From Lingula anatina (lineage: Eukaryota > Animalia > Brachiopoda), in assembly GCA_051362555.1 (NCBI GenBank), contig CM120640.1, positions 5,146,001 through 5,210,000 on the forward strand: a stretch of 64,000 nucleotides of DNA. The letters run 5' to 3'. Below the pieces are notes generated by a model. The model made no database searches. It saw nothing but the letters and a program-made list of their open reading frames with translations, and was not told the DNA's origin. The position numbers and the translations under genes are program-made. Position 1 is the first letter of the stretch; every line of letters starts with the position of its first letter. Shown piece after piece: positions 53,592 to 64,000 of this stretch.

Positions 53592-53879
53592 GTAAGTTGG
53601 ATTTGCTCTTGGGTGAGGCTGGTATGAAATAGTCATGCATAGAAGGCTACATGAACGCAGGGGAAGGCATGTTTATGTACACACACACACGTAGATAAGT
53701 CATTTACTCATTTCATTCATTCAATACAAAACTAGAATTTTAATAGGAAAATTTGAAATAAAAATGAATGAAACATATAGGATCACTTGTGCACAATTAG
53801 ACATTTTTAAAGAATTTTACTTGAGCAAAAGAAAAAAATCGGATATTATTTTCCTTTTATTTATTTATTTTTCAGAAAG

Positions 53880-63774
<9,895 letters not shown>

Positions 63775-64000
63775 GTCTGTGTATGGAATAGTTCTTACCC
63801 TATACCAGTTAGGTTTTTAGAAAAGTAAAAAAAAAAAAAAAAAAAAATGAAGATGAATTTGCTGTTTATAAGTTGTATGCTGACCAATTTAATAAAGCAG
63901 GCAGATCTGAATATAAGAATATAATTATGTTTTATACTGTGAATTTTGAATCAAGTGTGTAAGTTATCAAGGTCATATTACTTAAATTTCCCATTGGTTT

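Overview
AT-rich, intron-containing animal genomic DNA (invertebrate; the OvoA gene and the SINE type suggest a lophotrochozoan such as a mollusc, which is inference). Four genes were reconstructed exon by exon by hand, with GT-AG sites and reading-frame phase checked at each junction: (1) the 3' part of the DEAD-box helicase DDX24 (+, 231-3049), which contains a U12-type minor-spliceosome intron; (2) a complete dystrobrevin gene (-, 5691-44572) with 4-5 candidate alternative first coding exons (one very His-rich), a candidate internal first exon and candidate cassette exons; (3) a complete PRXL2C/AAED1 peroxiredoxin-like gene (-, 46749-50931); (4) the 5' part of the ovothiol synthase OvoA (+, 53880 to beyond the window end). 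PRXL2C and OvoA are head-to-head around a short shared promoter region carrying MRE, E-box and AP-1 motifs, a candidate co-regulated thiol-antioxidant gene pair. Introns hold several PIF/Harbinger-like MITEs, a tRNA-derived SINE, a palindromic MITE with a locally templated insertion, and simple repeats. Most entries in the supplied ORF track are spurious or exon fragments. No database searches were run; family calls rest on recognised motifs.
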